This document shows positions 36,434-46,544 of a DNA stretch of 64,000 bases, in pieces. A program made the position numbers and the translations under genes. Numbering within the stretch: position 1 is the first letter of the stretch; each line of letters starts with the position of its first letter. A model generated the notes under the pieces. That model was not told where the DNA came from. It was given only the letters and a program-made list of their open reading frames with translations, and did no database searches. Source of the DNA: Verrucomicrobiales bacterium (GTDB taxonomy: Bacteria > Verrucomicrobiota > Verrucomicrobiia > Limisphaerales > UBA1100); NCBI GenBank assembly GCA_038139415.1, contig JAYOSV010000001.1, positions 158,536 to 222,535 of the forward strand, read 5' to 3'.

Positions 36434-37486
36434 TCAGGCTCCCATTTCGTCCTCGAAGGAGCCTTCGGAAACGGGGAAGCAAAGCTGGTCGCGGACGTAT
36501 TGGATGCCTTCGATGGCGGTGGCGTCTGGATCGCGGTAGTTGCTTTCAGTCTCAGCGATAAGCGGGGCGGTTTTGGTGCCCATAATCTTATTGTAACGGG
36601 CGGGGTAGCCGATGTTGATGAGCATTTCAACGTAGCGCACCATGTTGAGATCGCCGCTGCCGAGATCGGTGAACTGCATGGCCCGGTTACGCCAGTTGCC
36701 GTCCATGCGGCGTAAGGGCACATTCGGGCGAACAACGAAATTCTTCACGTGGCAGGCGTACACGCGATCTTTCACGGCCGCGTGAGTGAAACGCGTTTCC
36801 CAATCTTCGCCTTCCCAGCAATGGGAGGGATCAGCGTTGACGGTGAGGGTTTTATCGCCGTCACAAATTTTCACCAGATGGCCAAACTCCTCCGCGCACA
36901 TGGCGGCGGTGCCGGGGTGGATCTCGTGGGCGAGATAAATGCCTAGGCTGTTGGCGTGAGCGCGAATCTTGGCGGTCTTGTGCACGAATCGATCATCGCC
37001 TTCCTTGTTGAGGTCGCCGCCGTCCGGGGAGGTCCAGAATCCCCACGGATAACCCGTAGCCAATTCCCAGCCGTGGGAAACGCCCCAGAACATCGGTAGA
37101 ATCTTTATGTCCAACTCGACGCAGAGATCCATCATACGGAGCAGGTAATCCTCGTACCATTGCTCCAGCTCTTCCGGGCTTTTATCCTGATTTTGCCCGT
37201 GGATAAATGCATGGCCACTCTTGGTGCCGGTCCAGGCGCTGGTGTGCACCCAGAACGCGCAGTGGCCGCTGACGCCGTCGAGCTTGAGGCCGTTTTTCTC
37301 AAACGCGTCTTTAATCTCGGAGGCGCTGCGAAATTTCGAGCCATCGGAGCCGTCCTCCTCCAACATATAATTACTCGGCTGCGCGCCCGCGGCACCGGCT
37401 TCTTTGGCGAACTTTAGAAAGCCATCGAGTCCCTTGCCGCCGTGCTGGGCGCCTTCAATACTGCTGTGGTAGATAGGTTTAGCCAT
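36434..37486 (-). CDS. Xylose-isomerase-like TIM barrel protein (sugar phosphate isomerase/epimerase)
   Basis: HEIHPG, DPSH, HVK and G.GD motifs. Confidence 0.85.
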   Translation of the reverse strand: MAKPIYHSSIEGAQHGGKGLDGFLKFAKEAGAAGAQPSNYMLEEDGSDGSKFRSASEIKDAFEKNGLKLDGVSGHCAFWVHTSAWTGTKSGHAFIHGQNQDKSPEELEQWYEDYLLRMMDLCVELDIKILPMFWGVSHGWELATGYPWGFWTSPDGGDLNKEGDDRFVHKTAKIRAHANSLGIYLAHEIHPGTAAMCAEEFGHLVKICDGDKTLTVNADPSHCWEGEDWETRFTHAAVKDRVYACHVKNFVVRPNVPLRRMDGNWRNRAMQFTDLGSGDLNMVRYVEMLINIGYPARYNKIMGTKTAPLIAETESNYRDPDATAIEGIQYVRDQLCFPVSEGSFEDEMGA

Positions 37487-37578
37487 AATATCTAAAGGGG
37501 TTTGGGTGGCGGGAAAATAGCGGGGAACGCCGTGAATGGCAACCCGTTTTGGTGAAAATGGTGGAGGAAAAAGCGCGA

Positions 37579-38607
37579 TTAGCGCTGTTTTTTCCGGGCT
37601 TTGAGCAATTCTTTTTCGGCTTCGGCGGCCTTAATTTTGATCCAAGAATGCCAGCCTTTTTCTAGTAACGCCGTACCGCCTTGCCAATTTCGGTTGATGG
37701 CCTGCTCGAAGGCGGCTTCCAATCGGCCATTGCCACGTCCGCGGGCGCTGAGCACGGCGCGATCGTTGACCACGGCTCCAAGAAACTTCATCGCCTGCGG
37801 ATGAGTTTTCATGAAGAAATCAAAGACGGACCATCCGATATCGTAGCCCATGCCGATGTTGCTATCAAACATCTGATCCCAATGCTCATACTCATGGGAG
37901 AGTAGATAGGCTTTGAGGTTAGGCAGATCGCCGTTTAGGCGCATACGGTTTAGGCGTACCCAGCGGGCGTGTTGATCATTGCGCAGTCCATCGGCCTTTT
38001 GCAGCCATGCGGGGGCTTCGCCCAGCCAGTCGGCACTGCCCTCAACCATCCAGAAGGGCAGTTCGCCAAACATATCGTCCATGATGGCGTGGCATCCTTC
38101 GTGGAGCAGGGTGGGCACCAAACGCCAACTCATGATGGGTTTCTGCCTCCAAGTGACTATCTCCTTTGTGGCGGGGCTGAAAAAGCCAAGTAGATTGGGG
38201 CTGATTTCCTTGCGGTATTTTTTCAGCGAATACTCTTCGTAATCCTCGTACTTACCGAAGATTCGGAAACGCACCCGGAAGTCGCGGTCTACATTGCGTT
38301 GGAAAACGGTTTGATGCGAGCGCACGAGATTGGCCAAGCCGAAGTTCACAGTGTAGATCATGGCCGGGGTCAGCTCGTAATCATGCACGGCAAATTCCGC
38401 GTAGCCCAAGGCAAAATCGGGCGCGCGCTTGGGGTCCCATCGCTGGGTTTTCGAGAAGACATAACCCTGAGTGCGCCCGCCAAAAATGCTGGTTTGAAAA
38501 TCCTCGCCGCGAAGCATGGCACGGGTAATGTCGAGGGCCGAACTGGATACAGGCAGCAACCACCCGGCCACTAGAATCAGCCAGAGGATGTTTTTCAGAG
38601 AGATCAT
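37579..38607 (-). CDS. Exported zincin-like protein (DUF1570/peptidase MA-like)
   Basis: Signal peptide, LLHEGCH (HExxH) and P.W..EG.A.W motifs. Confidence 0.7.
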   Translation of the reverse strand: MISLKNILWLILVAGWLLPVSSSALDITRAMLRGEDFQTSIFGGRTQGYVFSKTQRWDPKRAPDFALGYAEFAVHDYELTPAMIYTVNFGLANLVRSHQTVFQRNVDRDFRVRFRIFGKYEDYEEYSLKKYRKEISPNLLGFFSPATKEIVTWRQKPIMSWRLVPTLLHEGCHAIMDDMFGELPFWMVEGSADWLGEAPAWLQKADGLRNDQHARWVRLNRMRLNGDLPNLKAYLLSHEYEHWDQMFDSNIGMGYDIGWSVFDFFMKTHPQAMKFLGAVVNDRAVLSARGRGNGRLEAAFEQAINRNWQGGTALLEKGWHSWIKIKAAEAEKELLKARKKQR

Positions 38608-38716
38608 GAGTCGCCTTGCGCGATAAAACAACCTGCACCCAATTGACCCGCCTGTAAAGGCCTGATCATTCTCAAACGATTGTCACCGAGGCATTAGATG
38701 GGCACACTGCGGCGGG

Positions 38717-39523
38717 ATGGAAACCTTTTACGATACCCACGCGCACCTGACTTTTCCGGATTTTGCGAATGATATTCCCGCGCTATTGGAGCGCGCGCAG
38801 GCGGCCGGGATCACGAGGGTGATCTCCATTGGCACAGACTTGACAAGCAGCCGCCAAGCAGTGGCCTTGGCCGAGGCACACGAGGAGGTGTATGCGGTGG
38901 TGGGATGGCATCCCAATGATTTGGAGTCGGCCCCGGATGATGTGCGCCCAGAGCTGCGCCCTTTATGTGAACACCCGAAAGTGGTGGCGGTGGGGGAAAC
39001 TGGGGTTGACCATTATCGCCTGCCCAGCAGTCAGGGCGGTTCGGCCGAGGACGATGCCCGTTGGAGGGAAAAACAGGAAACGGTCTTTCGTCAGCAATTG
39101 GAGTTGGCGGAGGAATTTCAAATGAACGTGGTGATCCATCAGCGAGTGGCATTGGAACCGACGATGGCGATTTTTGAAGAATTCGCTGCCCGTGTGCGAG
39201 GACAGTTTCATTGTTTTGTGGACGATGTAACCAGCATGAGACGGGTGATCGATTTGGGCTCGCTGGTGAGCTTTACCGGGATTGCCACTTTCAAAAACGC
39301 GCAGGAAGTGCGCGACACCTTGGCGGCCACACCGTTGGAAAAACTCATGCTGGAGACCGACAGCCCGTTCCTAGCCCCCATGCCCCATCGCGGCAAGCGA
39401 TGCGAACCGGCGTTCACCCGGCACACCGCCGAGCGAGTGGCAGAAGTGAAAGCCGTGAGCTTGGCGGAACTCAGCGCGGCGACCTGCGCGACCGCCCATG
39501 CATTTTTCCCCAAGCTTGGTTAG
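38717..39523 (+). CDS. tatD: TatD family hydrolase
   Basis: DTHAH, GWHP, GETGVD, FHCF and ETDSPFLAP motifs. Confidence 0.93.
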   Translation: METFYDTHAHLTFPDFANDIPALLERAQAAGITRVISIGTDLTSSRQAVALAEAHEEVYAVVGWHPNDLESAPDDVRPELRPLCEHPKVVAVGETGVDHYRLPSSQGGSAEDDARWREKQETVFRQQLELAEEFQMNVVIHQRVALEPTMAIFEEFAARVRGQFHCFVDDVTSMRRVIDLGSLVSFTGIATFKNAQEVRDTLAATPLEKLMLETDSPFLAPMPHRGKRCEPAFTRHTAERVAEVKAVSLAELSAATCATAHAFFPKLG

Positions 39524-40338
39524 CGTAACCAAGCGGCCAATTGCGTGTGCCGCAGAGCAAAGCTAAGACCGTACATTAGGCCGAGCGCGAGAAACGGAGC
39601 GAGATCCACCTTGCCCACCACCAATGGCAAGCACGACAGGGGCGTCAGTAATCGCTTGCCTGAGGCATCGACATTTTTCCATAAAACCTGTTCGCCGAAA
39701 TACACAAACGAATTCAGCAAATAAAGGATCAGCACACCCATGGCGAGATACACCGCCGCACGCATGTCCAGCGCCATCAAGGCCGGGAGGTGTTGGGCGA
39801 AGGCGGCCGATTCACTGCGTACATCCACACGGCTCATCCATTCAGCCTCGATCAGGTGCACGCCGACGGACAACATGATGGCGACCAGCCAGAGGATCAC
39901 GGCCGGTAAGCCGCCCAGCCAACCAAACTGGGCGCGCAAAAAGGAGCGCCACATTTTTGCTGTGTCCGCTTTTGGCTTAATGGTCGCAAGCAAAGCCCAG
40001 CAAAAATACAACGCCGCCAGCCAGCGCATAAAACTTAGTGCGGAATAAGCCAGAGCTCGCGGGAAGAAGTCGCTTCGGAAATGTGGTGATTCATGGAGTA
40101 AAGGCAGGGAAGGGATCCAGTCCAAGCCGGGGCCGAATTGATGGTAAAAAACGGCCCGCAACACAAGCAGCCCCACCAGCGCCAGTAGGTACACCCACGA
40201 GTGTTTGAAAATGGTGCCCTGTCGTGGCGCGGGACCGACGATATGGTTGGCCGGTTTGGGGCGGACCATCGTGCCTGCGCGCCAGAGAATCCAGAACAGC
40301 AGGCCGATGAGGTTTAGGATGCCGTGCAGCCAATCCAT
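39520..40338 (-). CDS. Multi-pass membrane protein with YggT-like C-terminus
   Basis: Several TM helices; LLTPL..LP...G.VDLAP pattern. Confidence 0.6.
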   Translation of the reverse strand: MDWLHGILNLIGLLFWILWRAGTMVRPKPANHIVGPAPRQGTIFKHSWVYLLALVGLLVLRAVFYHQFGPGLDWIPSLPLLHESPHFRSDFFPRALAYSALSFMRWLAALYFCWALLATIKPKADTAKMWRSFLRAQFGWLGGLPAVILWLVAIMLSVGVHLIEAEWMSRVDVRSESAAFAQHLPALMALDMRAAVYLAMGVLILYLLNSFVYFGEQVLWKNVDASGKRLLTPLSCLPLVVGKVDLAPFLALGLMYGLSFALRHTQLAAWLR

Positions 40339-40352
40339 CCGCAGCCGATGGA

Positions 40353-41243
40353 CTACATCATTTTCAGCAGTGTGTCAGCCATTTCTGATGGTGTCTCGGC
40401 GATGCCGATGCCTGCATCACGAAAGGCTTCCTTCTTGGCTTCGGCCGTGCCTTTCCCGCCGCTGACGATTGCGCCGGCATGGCCCATGCGGCGGCCGGGA
40501 GGCGCCGTGGCGCCGGCGATAAACCCGGCGATGGGTTTGGAGCAGTTGTCCTTGGCCCAAGCGGCGGCTTCTTCTTCAGCGGTGCCGCCGATTTCGCCGA
40601 TCATGATGATGCCTTCGGTTTCCGGATCGTCATTGAACATCTTGAGTACGTCCAGATGGGTCATGCCCGGCACGGGATCACCACCGATACCGACGCAGGT
40701 GGATTGGCCGACGCCTGCGCTGGTGAGTTGCCAAACCGCTTCGTAGGTAAGCGTGCCGCTGCGAGAGACGACACCGATATTGCCTTTCTTGTGAATGTAC
40801 CCAGGCGCAATGCCGATGCGGCAGCCACCGTGGGATTGATCGCCTTCGCCGGGGGTCACGATGCCGGGACAGTTGGGGCCGATCAGCTTGGTGTCACTGG
40901 CGTCCAAGACTTTTTTTACGCTCAACATGTCTCGTACCGGAATACCCTCGGTAATGGCCACGACCAGTTCGAGGCCGGCATCAATGCCTTCGAGGATGGC
41001 GTCGGCGGCGAACGGTGGGGGTACGAAGATGGCACTCGCGGTGGCACCGGTCTTGGCGACGGCCTCGGTCACGCTGTCGTAAATCGGCACGGTGTCGGAA
41101 AAGGTTTGCCCGCCTTTGCCGGGGGTAACGCCGGCGACGAGTTGAGAGCCGTAGTCGAGGCTTAGCTGGGCGTGCCGACCGCCGAAGCCGCCGGTGATGC
41201 CTTGAACGAGAAACTTGGTTTCAGGAGTAACAAGAATGGACAT
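40353..41243 (-). CDS. sucD: Succinyl-CoA ligase alpha subunit
   Basis: [15 protein letters not shown] and RMGHAGA motifs. Confidence 0.97.
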   Translation of the reverse strand: MSILVTPETKFLVQGITGGFGGRHAQLSLDYGSQLVAGVTPGKGGQTFSDTVPIYDSVTEAVAKTGATASAIFVPPPFAADAILEGIDAGLELVVAITEGIPVRDMLSVKKVLDASDTKLIGPNCPGIVTPGEGDQSHGGCRIGIAPGYIHKKGNIGVVSRSGTLTYEAVWQLTSAGVGQSTCVGIGGDPVPGMTHLDVLKMFNDDPETEGIIMIGEIGGTAEEEAAAWAKDNCSKPIAGFIAGATAPPGRRMGHAGAIVSGGKGTAEAKKEAFRDAGIGIAETPSEMADTLLKMM

Positions 41244-41252
41244 GGTAAGAAA

Positions 41253-42455
41253 TTATTTGGCGGCTTCGACGGATTTCTGTGCGGCCTCAGCGAGGCTGCT
41301 GGCAGTGATGAGGGCGAGCCCGGAATCGGCCAGTGTTTGTCGGCCAGCTTCGACGTTGTTGCCTTCGAGGCGCACAACGAGCGGGAGTTTGAGGTCGGTT
41401 TCCTTGGCAGCAGCCACAACGCCTTCGGCGATGGTGTTGCAGTTCATGATGCCGCCGAAAATGTTGATGAGAATGGCCTCGACCGAGGGATCGCTCAGGA
41501 TGATTTCAAAAGCGGCTTTCACCTGCTCCTGAGTGGCGCCACCGCCGACATCGAGGAAGTTGGCCGGGTCGCCGCCGTAATATTTGATGGCGTCCATAGT
41601 GGACATCGCGAGGCCGGCGCCGTTGACAAGACAGGCAATGTTGCCGTCGAGCTTGATGTAGTTCAGGTCGAACTTGCCGGCTTCGACCTCCAGCGGATCC
41701 TCCTCGGTCAGGTCGCGCATCTCGGCGATGTCCGCGTGGCGGAACATGGCGTTGGAATCGATGGACATCTTGGCGTCCAGCGCCACCACGGCCTCGGTGC
41801 CGTCTTCATTTTCAATGAGCGCCAGCGGGTTGACTTCCACCATGGAAGCATCACAACCAGCCCAGGTAGCGTAGAGGCCCTGCAACAATCGGCCGCATTG
41901 GCCAATGAGCTTGCCGCGCAGGCCGAGGGCGATGGCGATCTTGCGGCCCTGATAAGCCTGCAGGCCGAGATCGGGATCCACGGTTTCCTTGATGATCTTT
42001 TCGGGGGTGGCTTCGGCCACTTCCTCGATATCCACGCCGCCCTCGGAGCTGGCCATGATGATCGGCTTGCCCAGCGCGCGGTCCAGCAGCACGGCGCAGT
42101 AAAATTCGCTCTTAATTTCCTGGCAGGACGTGATGAGCAGGCGGTTGACCTGCTTGCCTTCCTCGCCGGTTTGCTTGGTGACGAGTACATTGCCGAACAT
42201 CGCCTCCGCTTTGGCGGTGGCATCCTCCACGCTGTCGGCCAAGTGCACGCCGCCCTGGAAGCCGTTCTTAAACGTGCCTTTGCCTCGGCCGCCGGCGTGG
42301 ATTTGGCTTTTCACCACCACGCGTTGATGGCCTTCGCCAAATAGTTTTTCGATTGCCGCCTTGGCTTCCTCAACCGAGGTGGCCGGTTCGCCGGCGGGGA
42401 CTGGCACGCCGTGGCGCCGCATAAGTTCCTTGGCCTGATATTCGTGAAGATTCAT
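41253..42455 (-). CDS. sucC: Succinyl-CoA ligase beta subunit
   Basis: MNLHEYQAK, HAGGRGK, NGAGLAM and NFLDVGG motifs. Confidence 0.97.
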   Translation of the reverse strand: MNLHEYQAKELMRRHGVPVPAGEPATSVEEAKAAIEKLFGEGHQRVVVKSQIHAGGRGKGTFKNGFQGGVHLADSVEDATAKAEAMFGNVLVTKQTGEEGKQVNRLLITSCQEIKSEFYCAVLLDRALGKPIIMASSEGGVDIEEVAEATPEKIIKETVDPDLGLQAYQGRKIAIALGLRGKLIGQCGRLLQGLYATWAGCDASMVEVNPLALIENEDGTEAVVALDAKMSIDSNAMFRHADIAEMRDLTEEDPLEVEAGKFDLNYIKLDGNIACLVNGAGLAMSTMDAIKYYGGDPANFLDVGGGATQEQVKAAFEIILSDPSVEAILINIFGGIMNCNTIAEGVVAAAKETDLKLPLVVRLEGNNVEAGRQTLADSGLALITASSLAEAAQKSVEAAK

Positions 42456-42459
42456 GGAT

Positions 42460-42496
42460 AAAAAATCGGAGCCCCTGTCTTGCGGCAAGGGCTCCG
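42460..42496 (-). terminator. Terminator-like hairpin between gltA and sucC
   Basis: Minus strand reads CGGAGCCC...GGGCTCCG-ATTTTTT, ending 4 nt before the sucC ATG. Confidence 0.65.
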
Positions 42497-42534
42497 GTCG
42501 TTCAAGAAATTTGTGCGCTTTTTATCGCCTGCCG

Positions 42535-43677
42535 CTAACGGTCACCGAGCGGCACCCACGGTTTGCCTTCGTCGCCGGCGTACTGGGCGCGCGGCCGGAT
42601 GAGGCGGTTGCCGTCCAGATGCTCGATCATGTGGGCGGTCCAACCGGCCGTCCGCGCGATGGCGAAGATGGGTGTGAACAGGTCGGTGGGGATATCCAGC
42701 GAGTAGTAGACGGTGGCCGAGTAGAAATCGACATTGGCATTGAGATTCTTCTTTTCCAGCATCAACTCGGCTATGCGTTCGCTCATCTGAATCCATTTCG
42801 GCTCGCCGAGTTCCTTAGTAAGCTTCTGGGCCATTCGCTTGAGGTGCGGCGCGCGGGGATCTAGAACGCGATACACGCGGTGCCCAATGCCCATGATACG
42901 CCGCTTGTTGGCAAGGCAATCATCCACGTAAGCATCGACCTTCTCGAGATCGCCGATCTCCTGAAGCATTTTGATGACACCTTCATTGGCGCCGCCATGT
43001 AAGGGGCCCTTGAGCGTGCCGATGGCGCTAGTAACCGCGCTGTACACATCGCTCAAGGTGGCGATGGTGACACGGCCGCTGAAGGTGGAGGCGTTGAACC
43101 CGTGGTCGGCATGGAGGATGTAGCAGATATCCATCGTGCGTTCCATGTCTTCACTGGGTTTATTACCGGTGATGAGCCAAATGAAATTGGCGGCTTCGCC
43201 GAGGCTGTTGTCCGACTCCAAAATCTCCTTGCCCTGGCGCAGGCGATGGAAGGCGGCAACGATCACCGGCACTTGCGCGATGATCTGAATGGATTTTTTC
43301 CGGACCGCCTCAAGGTCATCCTGTGTCTCGGCCTCGGAATCAAAGCAACCCAGAGCACTGACGCCGGTGCGGAGGGCGTGCATCGGAGAGGTGTCTTTCG
43401 GCAGGGCCTTGAGCACATCAATCACGCCTCCGGGCAGGTTGCGGCTGGCGCAGAATTCTGCCTTGAGCGCGGCAAGTTCGTCGGCGTCGGGCAAATGGCC
43501 GCGATGCAGCAGGTGCACCACTTCCTCGAAGGTCGCCTTCTCGGCGAGGTCGTTGATGTTGTAGCCGCAATAGATCAGTTCACCGATCTCACCACGGACA
43601 TCGCTCAGGTTGGTCTCCGCGGCCACCACGGCTGCCATGCCCTTGTCGATGGAATTTGCAGATTCGCTCATAGTCAT
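42535..43677 (-). CDS. gltA: Citrate synthase
   Basis: HADHGFNASTF, GPLHGGAN, GIGHRVY and NVDFYS motifs. Confidence 0.93.
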   Translation of the reverse strand: MTMSESANSIDKGMAAVVAAETNLSDVRGEIGELIYCGYNINDLAEKATFEEVVHLLHRGHLPDADELAALKAEFCASRNLPGGVIDVLKALPKDTSPMHALRTGVSALGCFDSEAETQDDLEAVRKKSIQIIAQVPVIVAAFHRLRQGKEILESDNSLGEAANFIWLITGNKPSEDMERTMDICYILHADHGFNASTFSGRVTIATLSDVYSAVTSAIGTLKGPLHGGANEGVIKMLQEIGDLEKVDAYVDDCLANKRRIMGIGHRVYRVLDPRAPHLKRMAQKLTKELGEPKWIQMSERIAELMLEKKNLNANVDFYSATVYYSLDIPTDLFTPIFAIARTAGWTAHMIEHLDGNRLIRPRAQYAGDEGKPWVPLGDR

Positions 43678-43820
43678 AGCTCAAAAAGCCCGGCCAGTGG
43701 GGTTAAGGCCGAGCAATTTAAGGAAGCGGGAATCGCCGGTCAAGCCTTGGCATTCGTCACGCCGGTTGTGAAGGCATTTACCTTGTGCCGGGCCGTTGGG
43801 CGACGGCAGCATTCGCGGCC

Positions 43821-44630
43821 ATGAATCCTGCCGCCCAGCCTATTGGAGTTTTTGATTCCGGGATCGGCGGGTTGACCGTGGTACGGCAGATGCAAAGGCT
43901 GTTGCCGCATGAACAGATCATCTATTTGGGCGACACCGCCCGCGTACCATACGGCACCAAAAGCGCGGAAACGGTGACGCGCTTTGCTTGCGAAGATGCC
44001 GCCTTTCTGGTGGCGCAAGGAGTCAAGGCGTTGGTGGTAGCGTGCAACAGCGCCAGCGCCAGTGCGCTGCCTGAACTGGGAGAGCGCTTTTCGTTACCGA
44101 CCTTTGGTGTGATTTTGCCCGGGGCCATTGCCGCCAATGAAGCCACTCGCAACGGGCACATTGGCGTGATCGGTACGCAGGCCACCATTCGCAGCGGTGC
44201 TTATGAGCGGTTGGTGGGCGAATTAAATAGCGAACTGCGCGTGACCAGTCGGTCCTGTCCGTTACTGGTGCCATTGGTGGAGGAAGGGTGGCTGGATCAT
44301 GAGGTGACCGATGCCGTGCTACGGGAATATCTGATGCCCATGCTGGAAAGCGGCGTGGATACGCTGGTATTGGGGTGCACACATTATCCATTGCTCAAGG
44401 AATCCATCGCCCGCGTGACCGGACCGGAGGTGGCGCTGGTGGATTCCGCTGAAACGTGTGCGGCGTTTGTGCAGCGGGAATTGCAATGGCATCATCTGTT
44501 GGCCACCGAAGGAGAGGGGTGCGTGCGGATTCATGTGACTGACGAGATGGAGCGTGTGAGCGAAATGGCCGGCCGGTTTCTCGGTGGACCCTCGAATGCT
44601 GTGCAGCAGGTGGAGCTAGGGGCGTTGTGA
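43821..44630 (+). CDS. murI: Glutamate racemase
   Basis: FDSGIGG, PYG.KS, ACNSA and LGCTHYP motifs. Confidence 0.96.
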   Translation: MNPAAQPIGVFDSGIGGLTVVRQMQRLLPHEQIIYLGDTARVPYGTKSAETVTRFACEDAAFLVAQGVKALVVACNSASASALPELGERFSLPTFGVILPGAIAANEATRNGHIGVIGTQATIRSGAYERLVGELNSELRVTSRSCPLLVPLVEEGWLDHEVTDAVLREYLMPMLESGVDTLVLGCTHYPLLKESIARVTGPEVALVDSAETCAAFVQRELQWHHLLATEGEGCVRIHVTDEMERVSEMAGRFLGGPSNAVQQVELGAL

Positions 44631-45290
44631 GTTTCGCACGGTGCGGTAGGTCAGGAAGATTTCGTCTGCCACCTGTTTGCGCGTGTGCAGCTTGAATTGA
44701 GCGGCATCATCCAGCTGATCGAAACCGATGCCGTCGGCAATGGTGGGCGCATCCTGACCGCCGAGAATCAGCGGGCAGATTGTGAGGTTCACCTCATCCA
44801 CCACTCCGGCGCGGAGTAGGGAATCATTGAGGCGTCCACCGCCTTCACAGAGCACGCGTTTCACGCCGTGATGTTCGTGCAGGAATTCAAAGGCGGCCTC
44901 GAAATCCACGTTGTTGGCGCCGCAGACATGGACGGCATCGGCGGCTTGCTTCAGTTCCTTCAACCGGCGGGCAAGAATCCGTTCGCTGGTCAGCACGATG
45001 ACCGGTGCGCCGGGTGTACGAAAGATGGTATGCTGCGCATTCACCTGCCCGCTGCCGCTGACGATGACTCGCACCGGCGCGGATTTCTGCTTAGGCGCGG
45101 GGCCCAAAGTGATATTGGGTTGAGCGTTGAGCGTGCCGGCACCGGTAAGTATGGCATCTGCCTTGGCGCGTAATTCCAGCAGGCGTTGGTGGTCGGAGCG
45201 ACTGCCAAATGTGGTGACCTTGCGGTTTGTGCTGGCGATTTTGCCATCGGCAGTCATCGCCATGTTGATGAACACAAACGGCCGCTTCAT
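44616..45290 (-). CDS. RibD C-terminal-like pyrimidine reductase, stand-alone
   Basis: AMTADGKI, LR..ADAI..GAGT and CEGGG motifs. Confidence 0.85.
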   Translation of the reverse strand: MKRPFVFINMAMTADGKIASTNRKVTTFGSRSDHQRLLELRAKADAILTGAGTLNAQPNITLGPAPKQKSAPVRVIVSGSGQVNAQHTIFRTPGAPVIVLTSERILARRLKELKQAADAVHVCGANNVDFEAAFEFLHEHHGVKRVLCEGGGRLNDSLLRAGVVDEVNLTICPLILGGQDAPTIADGIGFDQLDDAAQFKLHTRKQVADEIFLTYRTVRNSQRP

Positions 45291-46405
45291 GTGATCAGCA
45301 TCGCATCGCCGTAGCTGAAGAAGCGATATTTTTCGCGGACTGCCTCGGCGTAGGTTTCGAGCATCAACTCGCGGCCATCCAATGCGCCCGGAGAGGCAAA
45401 GGCGCTCACGAGCATAAGCAGGGTGGATTGAGGTAGGTGGAAATTGGTGATTAACGCATCCACCACCGCAAACGGGCGCGGCGGATAAATGAAAATGGCC
45501 GTGTTGCCGCTGGTGGTAGTAAGCGGGAGGGATTGTTCGGCGACACTTTCCAGTACACGCACAGTGGTGGTGCCCACGGCGATGACACGGCGGCCTTCAG
45601 CCTTGGCGAGGTTGATGGCCTCAGCGGTGGCGGGAGGCAGCGTGTAGCGTTCGGTGTGCATGGCATGCTCTCCCAAAGCCTCCGCCTTAACCGGAGCAAA
45701 GGTGCCGAGCCCGACGTGCAGGGTGACGGTGTGGGTTTCAACGCCCTGCGATCGGATTTGGTCCAGCAACGGTTCCGTGAAATGAAGCCCGGCGGTGGGT
45801 GCGGCGACGGAGCCGGCGGGATCGGCATAGACAGTTTGATACCGCTCTGTATCGGCCACGGATTGGCCAAAAGCTTCGCGTCGGATGTAAGGCGGCAACG
45901 GCATTTCGCCGAGCGAGTCGAGGGTGTCCAGTAGATCCTCCGTGCCTTCAAAGCGAACACGCGCGTGGCCGGCTTCATTTTTTTCCAGCACCTCTGCAGT
46001 CAGGGGCGTGGGTTGCCCGTGACGATCGGCGAGGGCAATGCGCGTGCCGGGCGGGAGCCGTTTACCAGGGCGGGTGAGGCTCCACCACGTTTGGTCTTCG
46101 GCGGGTTCCACGAGCAATAATTCGGCGGCGGCTTTGCCTCCAATTTTTTGGCCGCGTAACCGGGCAGGGATGACGCGGGAATTGTTCATCACCAGCACAT
46201 CACCGGCTCGGAGGAATTGCGGCAAATCGGAAAAATGTTGATGCGAACGGGTGCCGGTGTGGCGATCGGCCACCAGTAAACGCGATCCATCCCGCGTTGG
46301 GGCAGGGTGCTGGGCTATGAGCTCGGAAGGCAGATCGAAGTCAAAATCCTCTGTTTTTAGTGGTTTCGATGGGTTTTCGCCGCTCACGGTCGGGGATTGA
46401 GCCAT
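45287..46405 (-). CDS. queA: S-adenosylmethionine:tRNA ribosyltransferase-isomerase
   Basis: PLPPYI, YQTVYA, AAPTAGLHF, TNFHLP and FFSYGDAM motifs. Confidence 0.97.
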   Translation of the reverse strand: MAQSPTVSGENPSKPLKTEDFDFDLPSELIAQHPAPTRDGSRLLVADRHTGTRSHQHFSDLPQFLRAGDVLVMNNSRVIPARLRGQKIGGKAAAELLLVEPAEDQTWWSLTRPGKRLPPGTRIALADRHGQPTPLTAEVLEKNEAGHARVRFEGTEDLLDTLDSLGEMPLPPYIRREAFGQSVADTERYQTVYADPAGSVAAPTAGLHFTEPLLDQIRSQGVETHTVTLHVGLGTFAPVKAEALGEHAMHTERYTLPPATAEAINLAKAEGRRVIAVGTTTVRVLESVAEQSLPLTTTSGNTAIFIYPPRPFAVVDALITNFHLPQSTLLMLVSAFASPGALDGRELMLETYAEAVREKYRFFSYGDAMLIT

Positions 46406-46469
46406 TTTTAGCCGAAAAACGCGAGTCCGAGGTTTTTTGAAAAAAGCCCCATAAAAATGCGCAAAAATG

Positions 46470-46522
46470 TTGACGGGTGTGAAAAAGTGAGGCTAAAGTG
46501 TTGCGTTGTGTGGAGAAGTGGG
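46470..46522 (+). promoter_or_regulatory. dcw promoter with putative MraZ boxes
   Basis: TTGACG-18 nt-TAAAGT overlapped by GTG-containing repeats at 46477, 46487, 46498, 46508 and 46518 (about 10-nt period); phased A-tracts upstream. Confidence 0.7.
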
Positions 46523-46544
46523 TTAAATTTGCATCAAGCACACG

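Noticed and set aside
41172..42344. 390-aa plus-strand ORF
   Set aside because: Antisense shadow of sucC.
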